Source of the DNA: the human T2T-CHM13v2.0 reference genome, Homo sapiens
Assembly (NCBI RefSeq): GCF_009914755.1
Contig: NC_060926.1
DNA length: 64,000 nucleotides
Reading direction: 5' to 3' (one strand)
Notes under the pieces: generated by a model
Database searches by the model: none
Told to the model about the DNA's origin: nothing
What the model saw: the letters and a program-made list of their open reading frames with translations, nothing else
Translations under genes and position numbers: made by a program
In this document: in pieces, positions 1 through 23,508 of the stretch
Position numbering within the stretch: the stretch's first letter is position 1
Layout of the letters: each line of letters opens with the position of its first letter

Positions 1-108
1 ACAGTGGCTCACACCTGTAATCCCAGTACTTTGGGAGGCCGAGGCAGGTAGATCACCTGAGGTCAGTAGTTCAAGACCAGCCTGGCCAACATGGTGAAAC
101 CCCATCTA

Positions 109-288
<180 letters not shown>

Positions 289-324
289 TTAAAAAATAAA
301 TAAATATTAAATTGTTTAAAAAAA

Positions 325-985
<661 letters not shown>

Positions 986-1564
986 AAAAATAATTTCTTA
1001 TAAGGTTATGCTAAGCGAAGAAGCAGGGAGCAAAGTGTTCTGACAGAATCTTAACCCACTTTCTATCCCAGTCTCCATCAGCTAAGGGATTACTCAGTTG
1101 TTAGAGAGTGTAAAGCAATGAGAAAACCTCTCTTGCTGATACAGAGGAAAATTCAAGCACACCACTTCAAAGACCTTTCTGCGTATTATATTAATGGGTA
1201 AAGTATAAAGAATTCACAAACCCTAAAATGCAACCATTGGTATTTCATTCTAATTTATGTTATCTATAAGACTTTACCAATTCAGTCGAGTCAGTGAGGG
1301 AAAAAAAATAAAACAAATTGAACTACTTATGTCACCTAAATATGACTAGTAGATGTACATGGATAGCTGCTATGGTCTACTGATAATAACTGCATTTTTG
1401 TGTTCTTGTATTAGTACAAACAATAAAATACTTTTTAAAACAAATGCTTTGAAAATATTGTTCATGAACTAACAATAACATGTAACAAAAATAATACATT
1501 GTCATATAATCAAGTCACGAAAACCACAGAACAAATTAAAAAGGCAAGCATTTTAAGAGTCCTA

Positions 1565-1711
<147 letters not shown>

Positions 1712-2343
1712 TTAATACACATTAATAAATATTATCTGTAAATGTAAATGCCAGGGACAGAAAGTCACATAATCCTTGCAAGTTATATTATACTTTTCTC
1801 TTTAATCATTGAAAGCATGATTACTCAATTTAACAAAGAAAGGGAGGGAGGGGAAACAAAAATAAGAAAAAAGACAATGGGAAGAATGGAAGGGAGGGAG
1901 GGATCAGCAAGAAAACCTGAGCCATGGACAGATCTTGCAAGGAACAAGTGGCTATTTTTTTTAAAGGATGACCACTGGTGGGCTTGTTACTATCCCTTTC
2001 ATAAACACATGCAATGCTTCATTCATTTTCTTTCTCCTCCGTCTGTCCCTACAGTTGTGTTTCCTTCCTCTTGCTTTCTTTTTTTGTTTAAGTTCTATCC
2101 AACTGAACGAGATTTCACATCTATTATTTCATTTGATCAACTCAAGAATCCTACAAAGCATATCAAGCATGACTTACCCTTATTAAATAAATGAGGAGAA
2201 AAAGCACTAACTAGAGATCTAGGCTCTAAGCTGTGCTTTATAACCACCCAGCTGTGCAGCCTTTAAAAAAAAAATCACCTCACTTCCCTGGATCTCCTTA
2301 CCTCAACCATAAAATGAAGAAGCTGGAGTGGGTGATTCTTTTA

Positions 2344-2613
<270 letters not shown>

Positions 2614-4551
2614 CTACTAAAAATACAAAAAATTAGTCAGGTGTGGTGGCACGTGCCTGTAATCCCAGCTACTCAGGAGGCTGAGACAGGAAAATCACTT
2701 GAACCCAGAGGCAGAGGTTGCAGTGAGCCAAGATCATGCCACTGCTCTCCAGCCTGAGACACAGAGCAAGACTTCATTTCAAAAAACAAAAAATAAAACA
2801 ATAGACAACTGTAAAACAAAACAAAACAAAACAAAAAAATTGACTAAATACTTTGCTTACCCACCCACTTATTCCTAGTATTTATTCCAATTTACAAAAT
2901 GCTGCCCCAAAAAGCAGAACTAGAGTTGTTTCCTTGCATGAAATAATCCTTTATATATCTTGGAAAAGAAGGCCTCATCTTACCTCCCTGCCACTCTCTT
3001 CCAATCCCCTCCCTTCCCTTGGAATCATCTCTGACACGCCTCCAAATCTGCCTAAGCAGCTTTACATCTACCTACTCATCTGATGGTATCTGGCCAGAAA
3101 AGGTGGTCAACTCTTCAAATATTTTAATTTTTTTTTTTAGACAAGGTCTCACTCTGTTATCAAGGCTGGAGTGCAGTGGCATCATCTCAGCTCGCTGCAA
3201 CCTCTGCCTCCCTGGCTCAAGTGGTCCTCCAGTCTTAGGCTCCCCAATAGCTAGGACGACAGGCACATGCCACCAAGCCAGGCTAATTTTTGTGTTTTTA
3301 TAGAGACAAGGTCTCATCATGTTGCCCAGGCTGGTCTTGAACTCCTGCCTCAATGGATCTGACCACCTCGGCCTCCCAAAGTGCTAGGCTTACAGGCATA
3401 AGTCACTGCGCCTGGCCAAATACTTTAATCTTATTTTAGTAAGCCTAACATTTGGCTTTCAGAGTGCAATAACAATTGAGGGATAGTGCAGAAGATAACA
3501 AAGTAAGGTAGCATTTTATAAATTTCAGAGAAAAAGATGCACAGTTTTACTATTAATGGACGCATAATTTCTAACTATCTTGGAGGTAACACATTTAGGA
3601 AAAGTAAAGATGAAGTGAGATTTAATTGGAGGAAGGTGGTAGAGTAACCCACCATCCCTTCAGTGAATGATCAGGAGAAAAAAAAGGCTATATTATAAAT
3701 AAACTTTGTAATATAATAAGGACGGACAAAAAAGGAAATTGTCACTTAGCAGCAACCTCTATAGGGTAAGAGAATTGGAAAACACTTATAAGAGGCAAGC
3801 ACTGAGTTTCCTTGGTGTTTATATTCAAGAAAGAATAGATGGTAATCTTAAAGAAAATGGAATTCATTATAAATAACATTTTAAAACATGTAGCAATTTA
3901 ATCCACAAAAACATTCAGTCAATCAATAACAAAATCAACCTTAATATTTAATCTTGGTATTCATGAACTTTTTGTTTAAATCTCTTAAATGCTGTAAGAC
4001 CTGTTTTCCACTTGTAAGAGGCATGAAATATAAGCACTTTTTTGTTAACAACTGGATTTCATTTCTGCTTAAGACAGTCTTTGGTCAGGCATGGTGGCTC
4101 ACACTTGTAATCTCGGTGCTTTGGGAGGCCAAGGTGGGACAATGGCTTGAGGCCAGGTGTTCAAGACCAGCCTAAGCAACACAGTGAGACCCTATGTCTA
4201 CAAAAAAATTTAAAAATTAGCTAGGCATGGGGTGGCACCTGCCTGTAGCCCCAACTACTCAAGAGGCTGAGGTGGGAGGACAACTTGAGCTTTGGAGGTC
4301 AAGGCTGCACTGAGCTGTGATGGCACCACGTCTTTGTCCTACTATTTCCCTTATTCACCATTTATTCTCATCCTAAGTATCTCATAATAAAAAATATATT
4401 CCATTTAGACTTGACTCCACACTGATTAGCTGGTGACTGACCTCTCTGAGCCTAACTCCTAACATGCCAAACCAAGATAATACCATCTTTGCCTGGCACC
4501 AAGAAAACTTTTTAAAAACAACACAAATTATGTACATCAAAATGTTCTTTA

Positions 4552-4863
<312 letters not shown>

Positions 4864-5124
4864 TCAGTGGATGTTTTTATCTAACAAAAGGCCAAAATGA
4901 CCCACTTTAGAGTCACATCACCCTACTCTGCGCTCTACATATAGAGAAATCCAGATGCAAGATGTTAAAAGTATAATTATAAGCAGATTCTGAGTGAATA
5001 ACAGACACCTGAGATTATCAAAAAAACAATACAGTCGGGCTGGGTGCGGTGGCTCATGCCTGTAATCCTAGCACTTTGGGAAGCTGAGGCGGGTGGATCA
5101 CCTGAGGTCAGGAGTTTGAGATCA

Positions 5125-5574
<450 letters not shown>

Positions 5575-6045
5575 TATTTTGGGTAGAAAAAGGCCTATCC
5601 TTAAACCTAAAAGCAAGATCAGTAAGTACACTGGAGATAATCTCCAAAAAAAAAAAAAAAATCATGGGAAGATTCCAATTCAATACTGCTAGATCATTTG
5701 CCTCTTCTTTCCAGGGTTTATTTACTCATTGTTAAAACCCAACATCTCATCCTAGGTTAAAACTAAGTACCAATATCACAAATTTTCTTTTAGGACTTAT
5801 ACTATTTATTCATACACCTAGGTCAGTGACCTAGTAGGCTCTCAATAAATGTTTACTTAATGAAAGGACCAAACAATCTTTTAATCTACTTACTATCACT
5901 AGACATATCCTCTCTTTAGAGAAATCACACAAAATTCTACGAGGTAATTCTGTGGTTGCATTTCATCATCTCTGTAATTTTCTCAGGTATCAAACAGAAA
6001 TTTTAAAAGATACAAAAAAGTTTTGCAATCCACAACGTACTATTA

Positions 6046-6336
<291 letters not shown>

Positions 6337-6858
6337 TCAAAAAAAAAAAAAAAAAAAAAGAAAAGGAAAAAGTACATTCTATGTTGATGAGCTGGAACTT
6401 AACCGGTACCAAGAGAAGAGGTGTACAAAGCATGATCTAATGAAGTTATCCTATCTCAACCAATTGCTTTGTAATGGGATCCCTGGCAAATTTATCCCTC
6501 TCTTTTTGCATGTATTCCCTAGAATCATTAAGAACATAGTACATCATACAAAGGCAGTTTTGAGGAATTAAAAAGAAAAGAGAATAACATTGGAAGCTAG
6601 CAGATCCAAATTCCATATGCAGACATACTGAAAATTAGTGTATAATTGTATATAATTAGGGAGAGTTCTGGCTGCTGTCTGAGTCTTAGTTTTCATGCTG
6701 TAAAATGAAAGAACTGGACTAGTTCAGTAACTCCCAACCTTTTAAAAATCTTGCCAGTAAATCTGGGGGTAATATGACACACTTTATCGAGTACATTTTC
6801 TCAGTAAGGGTAGGGGTACAGTCATTTCAGAATAAAAATCAATATACCGAATGTGTAA

Positions 6859-7028
<170 letters not shown>

Positions 7029-7686
7029 TAGTAGAGACAGGGATTTTCCATGTTGGTCAGGCTGGTCTCGAACTCCCAATGACCTCAGGTGATCCACCGG
7101 CCTCGGCCTCCCAAAGTGCTGGGATTCCAGGTGTGAGCCCCCACTCCCAGCCTAGAATGTATAATTACATGTGTGGGTATTTATTATTATAACTTTTAAA
7201 TGAAGAAATAAGGGAGAAGATGGTTAAGTGATTTTCCAAAAGTCTGAATTTTATACATTTCATCAGATAAGAACTTATTTAAAGCAGAAGGGAAAGTTTC
7301 TCTTTAGAGAAGAATTCCACATAATAAATTAACAGGAAATAACAGAATATAACCACTATGCAACTCCTAATGAATTTATGTGATGGATAGATCGAATTTC
7401 ATTATTCTTTTCTTACTTTTGTATCTGTTTAAAATTTCTATGATAAAAAGTTGAAAAAAAAAGGGCATAGTAGAGGAAAGATTGTACCTGTGGTCTGTAC
7501 TTATGGTCACAACTCCCAAGTTGAATCCTGCTATACTCTTCCTATTAGTTATAAGTCTGTGGGAAAACAATTTATCTTTGAGGCTTATCTGTAATACACG
7601 TATAATAACTCTGGGATTGTTGTGAAGACTAAATGAGCTATATGTAAATGGCCCCAGAACTTTGACTTTATGTAGTAGATCCATTA

Positions 7687-7896
<210 letters not shown>

Positions 7897-8254
7897 TCAA
7901 GAACATCAAGGATTCAAACATGTACTTCCTTAATACCAAAGAATATATGCGACATTATCAGAAACCATCAATAATTCTTTAAAATAATTTTATTCCTTCC
8001 ATTAATCTTAATCAGAACACAGATCATCATTTCACAATGAAAAGTGATAAAATGCCAGTGAGATTCTTATGGGTTTTTTTCCATGTAAAAATTTCAAACT
8101 AAAGTCTCCATATTTCTAGAACATAACTACTTTCATAAATGTATCAACTGATATATCTATTTTAGAGACAGAACAGACCAATTGTTGTACAGGCAGCCAC
8201 CCTCACATTAGCAAATCAGAGTTGCACAACTCCCTGAGCCACAGAGAGGCAATT

Positions 8255-8500
8255 TAGTAGGCAGTAGCTCACGATTTGAGTCCATTGACCTTGGGTTTAA
8301 ATCCTGGCTATGCTACTTACTGGCTATATACTGTGGGAAAGCTGCTTAACTCGAAGAAGTATCGGCTTCCTTATTTGTAAGTGCAACTATTAATACCTAC
8401 CTTATGATGTTGTTGTCAAGATAAAAAAGACAAAACATATAAGGTGCTCAGCACAGTACTGGAAACATGCTAGGTGCTCGTAAATGGGACTATTATTTAA
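8255..8500 (+). mobile_element. MIR
   Basis: tgggtttaaatcctggct...acttactggct...gcttaac...cagcacagt MIR core. Confidence 0.7.
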
Positions 8501-8761
8501 TTATTATCAGCAATATTATCACAACCTAGCAAAGGAAGTTATATAAACATAATTAATAAAAAAATTGTAGACTCATTAAATCAAACTAAGAATGAGCTAG
8601 AATTAAAAGTTAACACAATTTTCAGCCAGGCGCGGTGGCTCACACCTGTAATCCTAGCACTTTGGGAGGTCAAGATGGGCAGATCACTTGAGGTCAAGGG
8701 TTCGACACCAGCCTGGCCAACATGGCAAAACCCCGTCTCTACTAAAAATACAAAAAAATTA

Positions 8762-9136
<375 letters not shown>

Positions 9137-9210
9137 TCATCAAACTAATGACTGCAAGCTTTAGCCTTCTCTTGTACTTTGAATTTGTATATTTCATACT
9201 ATGACATTTA

Positions 9211-9450
<240 letters not shown>

Positions 9451-9881
9451 TCATTTCTTAAATATCAGAAATACTTTATAGCCTGTGAATTGGTTCACAT
9501 TTATCCCTGTGAACTACCATTAACAATAAAACCCAATATTCAGTGTGGATTAGACCTATTTCCCCCTCCTATACATATAATGACAGACTATTTAATAACT
9601 GCCTACCTACCTGTGGTTTGCATTTTCATAACAATGAGCAGAACTGAATCAAATTTGAAAATTCAGACCAATGTATACATTCAGCAAATTTTTAAAAAAT
9701 CCTTAAAGTTTTATAATAACTTGAATGTATAATACACTTTCTAATGCTTTAAGTACTTCGAAGTTTATACACACATATCTTTATTACAAAAGAAATTTTA
9801 AAGCAAATCTTTCCATTAAAAAGTGTAAATATAACTATGTAGTCTCCCCCAAACCCTGCCAGTATATACAGTTAAGTTTTA

Positions 9882-10091
<210 letters not shown>

Positions 10092-10421
10092 TTAAATGCT
10101 CAAGAAGTAATCTCTATTAATAAATGTCTATATAAACAGTACACTCAATGAGAGGAATAACTATGCAAACTGTTTCTCTAATATTAACAAATCACAAGGA
10201 AGCTAAAAAATGTTTTTTAATTATTTAAAATATGATACATTTCTATTAACTGACTTTTCCGCATATTCATAAATATTTGAATATTTATGTATTCTAAGCC
10301 ATCTGAATCATCAATAAAACATTAAGATAAATTTAGTATTTATAATAATTGATTGTAGTCTATTTCTCTAAAAATTTAAGGTCACAAATGTCATGTATAC
10401 ACGAATGTGTGTGTGTATATA

Positions 10422-11505
10422 CAATCAATTGCCATTATTTGCAATAATTATGTTCTATAAAGTCACCAAAACTATTGAATTAGCAAATATTGAACCACTG
10501 TTCTGAGGGGAAATATAGAGTTGGGTTCCTGCAAGCCTTTAGTCACATTTCATCAACTGATCAACACATAATTTTGTTTTATGCATTTCTGTTTAAAGAT
10601 ACTATATATATATTTATATATAGTATTATATATAATATATATTTATATATCTCAATATGATATATTATGTATAATATATATATAAATCAAATATGTAAAA
10701 TATTTATATATAAATACATATATTATATATATATATATTTGATTCATTAACATTGAACTCATGGCCAATTGCACTATAACTCATGCCAGAACAAGCTTAT
10801 CTGAGATGCATATTTTCTCTGTAAGGCATATCACAGCCTTCTTGGGCTTAGGAACACTAGATAGGAATTCAGTACCACATTTAGGAGCCATTTTAAACAG
10901 CAAAATTACCAACAAAAAGCATAAAAATGTGAAAAAAAGTGACACTAAATAGAATACAAAAAGGACACTTGTTTGCAGTACGACAGCTGAAACAGTGTCA
11001 CTTCATTCAACCTCAGCTTCAGAACATGCACAATGGACAACCCACATCTTTCACTGTTCTGCACATGTCCAATAATAACTGCAAGAGAACCTGAGTACTG
11101 ATTTTTTTCTCTTTTTTTTTGGGACAGAGTTTCGCTTTTGTTACCCAGGCTGAAGTGCAGTGGGGCAATCTCGGCTAGCTGCAGCCTCTGCCTCCCAGGT
11201 TCAAACAATTCTTCTGCCTCAGCCCCCTGAGTAGCTGGGACTGCAAGTGCACGCCACCATCCCTGGCTAATTTTTCTATTTTTTGTAGACAGGGTTTCAC
11301 CATGTTGGCTAGGCTGGTCTCAAATTCCTGACCTCAGGTGATCCGCCTGCCTCGGCCTCCCAGAGTGCTGGGATCACAGGCATGAGCCACCATGCCCAGC
11401 AAGTACTGATTTTTGAGCTGCAAATACATTTTGTTGAGTAGGTGAATTTTCAAATACAGAATCCACACCTAAAATAAATAATCCACTTATAATGAGAACT
11501 GATAG
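10422..11505 (-). mobile_element. MER82-like Tigger element interrupted by a TA-rich tract and an Alu (about 11105-11401)
   Basis: Similarity to recalled MER82 consensus; the Alu is flanked by TSD AGTACTGATTTTT. Confidence 0.65.
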
Positions 11506-11516
11506 TATGTACAGAC

Positions 11517-11551
<35 letters not shown>

Positions 11552-11648
11552 ATATATATCTCTGAATACATGTATCCGCAATTCATTTACTTGTTTATGT
11601 ATCTAGGGTGTCCAAAAAGTCTTTATTTTTTATTTTAAAAAAATTTTT

Positions 11649-12220
<572 letters not shown>

Positions 12221-12483
12221 AAAAACTCTTGAAATATAGGAAAAATATTTACTTATTCTCTTTTTCATTTTATTTAATGTGCTTTGTTTTAATCTCAGTC
12301 ATGTTTCCCTGCGGATGATAAATAAATGTATCTGTGATGATAATGAAATAAGTAGTTTTATGTTCCAGACTTGCAGTCACCCTATAAAAATATATTTAAA
12401 GAGTAGATATGAAAGAAGGCAGCCGGGTGCGGTGGCTCACACCTATAATCCCAGCACTTTGGGAGGCCGAGGTGGGCAGATCA

Positions 12484-12699
<216 letters not shown>

Positions 12700-12770
12700 T
12701 CAAGAAAAAAATAAAAGGAAGAAAGCCATCCTCAGATAAGCAGAACATTAAACTAAAAGAACATCCTATT

Positions 12771-13450
<680 letters not shown>

Positions 13451-13608
13451 ATTGTACTCCACAATAATGCCAAGAAACCATTTCCTATTTATCTTTCTAC
13501 CACATGCTTTCCCAAGGAAACACATTTTAAGAATGATACAACTCAAATTTACTATGTGAATATGCTCTCAGAGAACTGTAAAACTATTTCAAAACAAAAA
13601 TTATGAGT

Positions 13609-14227
<619 letters not shown>

Positions 14228-15329
14228 CTATTTCTAATAATGGTAACAATACCTAATACTCTAGTTTTCCAATACATTATACTGAACTTTTGAGAGGTAG
14301 CTTACACAGAGAGATAATCATTTCCCCTCTGTGTTAAATGCATATGGTATTAACATACTATTTTAATTTTATCCAAGACTTAAATAAATATTTACATGTA
14401 GAAAAGTGTCCAACATATTGCAACAAGAAATAGTACATCAAGCTACTTAACTGACCCAGGAGAAGAGGGAATAAATGTACTCATATCGCTAATGTATATA
14501 GTAGTTAAAAATAATTACCTCATGAAAACTATCTTTAATTCAGAAGAGATTTGAATATGAAATAAGCTTCAAATAGACACATTTATTTTCATCATAGACA
14601 ATCAGTTTGGGGTTTAGAGTACTGCTCCATGAGACTAAATTTGTATTTTAATCATTCTATTTATTAGTCATAATAAAGAATTATGGTTATGGGTTCCTCT
14701 ATGTGTATAGGGGTAGGGGGTAATGTTTAAAAAAAAAAAAAAGGAGTCCTCATCTTTTAGAGATACATACTGAAGTATTTATGGATAAAATAAAATATCT
14801 GTTGTCACTGACTTATGCATACATTTAAGCTTATTCCATTCTTTCTGCTACCATATTTGTCTGATAATTGCTAATAATAAAAAGTTTTGCCAGGCGCAGT
14901 GGCTCACGCCTATAATCCTAGCATTTGGAAGGCTAAGATGTGCAGATCACTTGAGGTCAGGAGTTCAAGACCAGCCCGGCCCACATAGTGAAACTCTGTC
15001 TCTACTAAAAATACAAATATTAGCTGGGTGTGGTGGCATATGCCTGTAATCCTAGCTACTTAGGAGGCTGAGGCACAAGAATTGCTTGAACTGGGGAGGC
15101 AGGAGTTGCAGTGAGCCAGGATCCTGCCACTGCACTCCAGCCTGGGTGACAGAGCAAGACTCTGCTTCAAAAAAAAAGTTTTAAAAATCAAGCCTATTAT
15201 CAATACTATTTATAAAGCCACACCAATATAATTTTCCTTAGAAAAATTCTGAATGACATAGCCATATTCATTTATTTTCAAAGTTTTCTAGCTATAAAAT
15301 GACTGAATAATCCATCTGCAAAATTATTA

Positions 15330-15623
<294 letters not shown>

Positions 15624-16187
15624 TCAAAAAAAAAAAAAAAAAAGCCAAACAGTGTGCTAACAATTTTGTACTCTTTGTAAGGATGTACATGCACAAAAAG
15701 TAGTAACACTTTCAGGCAGGAAACACATTGAAGTTTAGCATTGCTGTGATTTACAAAATAATTATTGAAAGATAATGTGGTTGATGAGTAACAGCATGTG
15801 CTCTGGAGCCATATTCCATAGGTTCAAATATTCCCCATATTCCCTAGGTTCAAATCCTGGCTCTCCCACAAACTAGCTGGAAATAGTGGGTAATTACTTA
15901 TCCTCTCTAAACCTCACCTTCCCAGACTGTAAATAAGGATACCTAACTTTAGGGCATTGTGACAGCTCAACATATATGAGTCACTATTAATTCTTTTTTT
16001 CCCCAAGAGTCTGTTACACTTTGTTACAATAACAGGGTATTTCTCATATACTGAATTTTAATATCACTTTATAATGAAAACTCAAATTTTGTTTCAAAAA
16101 TCCTAAATTGGTAATAAGCACATCACAATGAAGGAATATAAAAATGACAATAATATGCTCCATTTATAAATAAAAATAATATTATGA

Positions 16188-16364
<177 letters not shown>

Positions 16365-16724
16365 TAGGCCCAGCTAATTTTTTTTGTATTTTTAGTAGAG
16401 ATGGGGTTTCACCGTGTTAGACAGGATGGTCTCGATCTCCTGACCTAGCCTCCCAAAGTGTTGGAATTACAGGCGTGAGCCACCGTGCCTGGCTACTACC
16501 AGTATTTCTCTGCTGGCCTTACAGATATTGTCAAAATGAGAGAAAAGGCTGGGCATGGTGGGATCACGCCCCTAATCCCATCACTCTGGGAGGCCGAGGC
16601 AGGCAGATCACTTGAGGTCAGGAATTTGAGACAAGCCTGGCCAACATGGTGAAACCCCGTCTCTACTAAAAAAAAAAAAAATTAGCCGGGCGTGGTTGTG
16701 GGCACCTGTAATCCCAGCTCCTCA

Positions 16725-16829
<105 letters not shown>

Positions 16830-17467
16830 TCAAAAAATAATAATAAAAAGAGTGAAAAAAAGGAAATCAGAAAATTATAGGGCCAGGCGTGGTGGCTCAT
16901 ACCTATAATCCCAGCACTTTGGGAGGTTGAGGCAGAAGGATTACTTGCACCCAGGAGTTCAAGACCAGCCTAGACAACATAGTGAGACTCTGTCTCTACA
17001 AAAAATAAAAAATTAGCTGGGCATAGTGGCACATGCCTGTAGTCCCAGCTACTCAGGAGGCTGAGGCTGAACGATTGTTTTGAGTCTAGGAGGCCAAGGC
17101 TGCAGTGAGCCATGATCATGCCACTATACTGGACAAAGCAAGACCCTGTCTCAAAAAAAAAAACCAAAAAAAAAAAAAAGAAAGAAAAAAGAAAATTATA
17201 GAAAAACAAAAAGAGAAAGTATATAAGTATAGCCCCTCAGTCTAAAAACATTCTTTGGATTTATTCTAATAGCCCACAAAACTTCCGAGAAAGAAAACTT
17301 AATTCGTATAAGAAAATCTTTTCCACTTTAATTAAAAGCAAAATCTTGGAGAACTACATTTGGCAGTCAAGAAACTAACTAGGGATTATGACTTAAAGTG
17401 AAGAATATTACAATGACTTAATATATTTTTTAAGTGCCAGTCTAGTTTTTAATCTTTCAATGCCTTA

Positions 17468-18164
<697 letters not shown>

Positions 18165-18685
18165 TAGTCTTGAACTCTTGATCTTGTGATCCGCCTGCCT
18201 TAGCCTCCCAAAGAGCCGTGATTACAGGCGTGAGCCACCACACCTGGCCTAATTTTTGTATTTTTAGTAGTGATGGGGTTTCACCATGTTGGCCAGGACG
18301 GTCTCGAACTCTTGACCTTGTGATCTGCCCACCTTGGCCTCCCAAAGTGCTGGGATTACAGGCGTGAGCCACCACATCCGGCCATAGCTACTATTTCTAC
18401 CAACGAACACTCCCATAAGTAGTTAAACCTTAAGCTAAAATTAAAATCCTGTATCCTTAATTCACTGTTTTACACTGATTTCCAAGGAACCAAATTCATC
18501 AGCACCACACAATTAACCGGAACTTCCCTTTCTCACAAAGCTCTATTGCTTGGAGTAATACTTTATTGCATTAAGTAATAAATATTCTGTAAATGATAAA
18601 TTACTCAAAATGGATTTGTACTCATGGTTCTAGGCACTTTCATTTTAGACCGAGTAATAAAATAACTTACAGAAATCTGTAACTA

Positions 18686-19108
<423 letters not shown>

Positions 19109-20251
19109 TTAAAATAATATTCAAATCAAGTTAGCAAATATTAATTGGATATTTACTATATGCATAGCACTGGACTACACTTAGCTCACTAGACTTACAA
19201 CAATGAGTAAAACTGGGTTCCTGCCCTGAAAAATCTCAGTCTCATCAAGAGATGGGATTCCATAACAAGTACTCTCTAAATACTAGCTATTATTATTACT
19301 GTTAATGTTACCACTATGATAGAATTGAAATACAATAACAACTTGTAAAAGGCTCTTTTTTCACTCTTGAAATATCAACTAACCAAATCACAACTAGAGT
19401 AATGTTTCTAAAGTGCGAATTCCAAATGATAACATTTCTGTTAAACACCCTGAAACTTCTTTTTTGAAACCGGGTCTCACTCTATCATCCAGGCTGGAGG
19501 CTGGAATGCAGTGGTATGGTCACAGCTCATTGCAGCCTCGACCTCCCAGGCTAAGGTGATGCTCTCACCTCAGCCTCCCTAATAGCTGGGACTAGAGGTG
19601 CGCACCACTATGCCCAGATAATTTTTTGTTTGTTTTTTTGGTAGAGATGGTGTTTCACCACATTGTCTAGGTTAGTCTCAAACTCCCGGGATCTAGTGAT
19701 CCACCTTGGCCTCCCACAGTGTTGAAATTACAGGCATGAGCCACCATGCCCAGCCTTACTTTATTTCTTACACTCTTAGAGTCTCTACACTCCTACCTCT
19801 CAAGCTTTTGTTATTGTAACCCACCTGTCATCTCTAATGGTTTCTCATCTCAGCTCTGAAACTTTGCACACACTTCCTCTAGTTGGAATCGTCTTTGAAC
19901 TCTTAACACTTTTCCATCTTCCCATCTCACCCCCTAAAAAAAGATGCTTTATAGTAGGAAGAAGACACCCAATATTTATTGAATAATGCCTTTTGAGTAT
20001 TATTCTTAGAATAAAAGAAGAGTTTTTTTGAGAAAAAACTGTAACAGAACTCATTAGTAATATAGTTCTTTTCCTCCCCGTGGCCTCTATTGCCTCTGCT
20101 CTCAAGACTGCATTTCTATGGCTTTGCTTTTCAGTTTTTAAGGACAGGAACGACAAAAACAATGTAAAAAGAACATGTTTTCCAGCTGGGTGTGGTGGCT
20201 CATGCCTGTAATCCCAGCACTTTGGGAGGCCGAGGTGGGCAGATCACCTCA

Positions 20252-20560
<309 letters not shown>

Positions 20561-21007
20561 TCAAAGTTTAATAAGCCAGGTTCCATTCCACAGTTCATTG
20601 TCGTTAAAGCAAGCTTGCCAATACAATGAATCTCAGGCACACGAGACACTACCTATGATGACTGATTATAACCTAGGGTCGTGTTTTCATTGCAATAATA
20701 TGCAAAATTATTTCTATAAATTGTAAAGTCATTTTAAGGTTTTTTTTGTTTGTCTGTTTGCTTTTCAATGGAGAGTACATTTCCAAGTAGTGGGTATAGC
20801 CTTTTAGACTCTTCAGTATAGATTTTCTTTTACTCACTACTCAAAAATAACTTTAGTTAACATTTTAATATATATATTTTCAACTCTTTTCTTTGTGCTT
20901 TTATCTATTTTACTCACAAAAATAAGGTCATATTAATTTTGTTTTACAACTTTTTACACTAAAGAATACATTGTGAATATTATTTTATATCATTAAACAT
21001 TACTAAT

Positions 21008-21336
21008 CAGCCCTTTGTATCCATGTGTTCCACATTTGTGGATTCAAACAATTGTGGATCGAAAATTTTTTTAATTTTTTAAAAAGATGGTTCTGTCTCT
21101 ACTGAATATGTACACCTTTTTCCTTGTCATTATTCCCTAAAGTATACTGTTTACATAGTATTTGCTTTGTATTAGGTATCATAAGTAATCTAGAGATGAC
21201 ATGAAGTATACAATGGTATGTGCTTAGGTTACATGTAAATATACGCCATTTTATATAAGGAACTTGGACATCTGTAAATTTTGGCATGCGGCAGCGGGGG
21301 TCCTGGAACCAATGCCCCATAGATACTGAGAGACAC
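21008..21336 (-). mobile_element. MER2-like Tigger element
   Basis: GGGGTCCTGGAACCAAT end; internal match to recalled MER2 consensus. Confidence 0.75.
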
Positions 21337-21432
21337 ATATATTCTTCAGCATTACAAAAAAAAAAGAATGGAAATTATGAACTATTTCAATGCGTTTACC
21401 TTAACCATATAAAGCTATCTTGAACAAAATTA

Positions 21433-21773
<341 letters not shown>

Positions 21774-22380
21774 TTATCTCATAATATGGCATTTCTACAA
21801 TATGCTTATATTTTATATTTATATACAACATATATATTATATAAATATATTTATATTTTCTACTAGATAGTCTTTAAAATTGTTCACAAATGATAATAGT
21901 TATTTGATGTGACCAAAGAAATTAAGGCTCTGGACGGGTGATCTTTGCTAGATAACTAGGCATTAAATGCTACATTTCATTCTTTTTTTTTTTTTTTTTT
22001 TTCAGATGGAGTCTCGCTCTGTTGCCCAGGGTGGAGTTCAGTGGTGTGATCTCAGCCCACTGCAACCTCTGCCTCCTGGGTTCAAGCAATTTTCTCCAGC
22101 CTTAGCCTCCCAAGTAGCTTGAACTACAGGTGTGTGCCACCGTGTCAGGCTAATTTTTGTATTTTTAGTAGACACCGGGTTTTACCATGTTGGCCAGGCT
22201 AGTCTCAAACTCCTGACCTCAGGTGATCCACCTGTCTCAGCCTCCCAAAGTGCTGGGATTACAGGCGTGAGCCACCACGCCTAGCCTAAATGTTACATTT
22301 CAACCAATCTTCCCAAAGTGTATTTTATGGTTCTGACATAGTAAATGTATGGTTCTGACATGGTAAATAGAATATACTGA

Positions 22381-22554
<174 letters not shown>

Positions 22555-22785
22555 TAGTAGAGACGGGGTTTCACCGTGTTGGCCAGGCTGGTCTTGAACT
22601 CCTGACCTCAGGTGATCTATCCGCCTTGGCCTCCCAAAGTGCTGGGATTACAGGCGTGAGCCACCGCGCCTGGCCTATACTGAATATTTTTTAAAAGAAA
22701 GAAAAGAAATGATAACAGAAACAAGTACAGTATAGCAAAGAAAGTATCTTATTAGGCAACAAAGGAACCTTAGGTGGACACTCAC

Positions 22786-22852
22786 TCTGACAGTCAGTGT
22801 TATCTGGACTCAGCAAGTCACTTGTTTCCTATGGGCCTCATTTTCCGGATCT
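22786..22852 (-). other. MTIF2: Predicted MTIF2 non-coding 5'UTR exon (67 nt, antisense MIR-derived)
   Basis: Strong acceptor tttatttttaacAG and donor AGA|GTGAGT; plus strand resembles the MIR core (gcaagtcactt...gggcctca). Confidence 0.7.
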
Positions 22853-23144
22853 CTGTTAAAAATAAATAAATAAATAAGTGTTTGAATATCTGTCCTTCCT
22901 ATTACAAGACTAAGAGGAGAAAATGAGATGATGTATATACTTTATCATCAGCTATTTTAAAACCATATCACATGTCTTGATACTGGCTTATAAGCTTTGA
23001 GGATTCATTGCTTATAAGTTAAAAATATTCACAAGTCATTAACTTGTTTACCTTCGGACAATTATGAGGTTGTGTATGTGTGTGTAATCGAGCAAGCATT
23101 TTACCTTAAAAGGCTTATTCAAGTAAAGATCAAGGAAAAATCTA

Positions 23145-23508
<364 letters not shown>

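Noticed and set aside
1748-2194. 148-aa plus-strand ORF antisense within an MTIF2 intron
   Set aside because: Built from low-complexity purine and pyrimidine tracts; no domain or splice support
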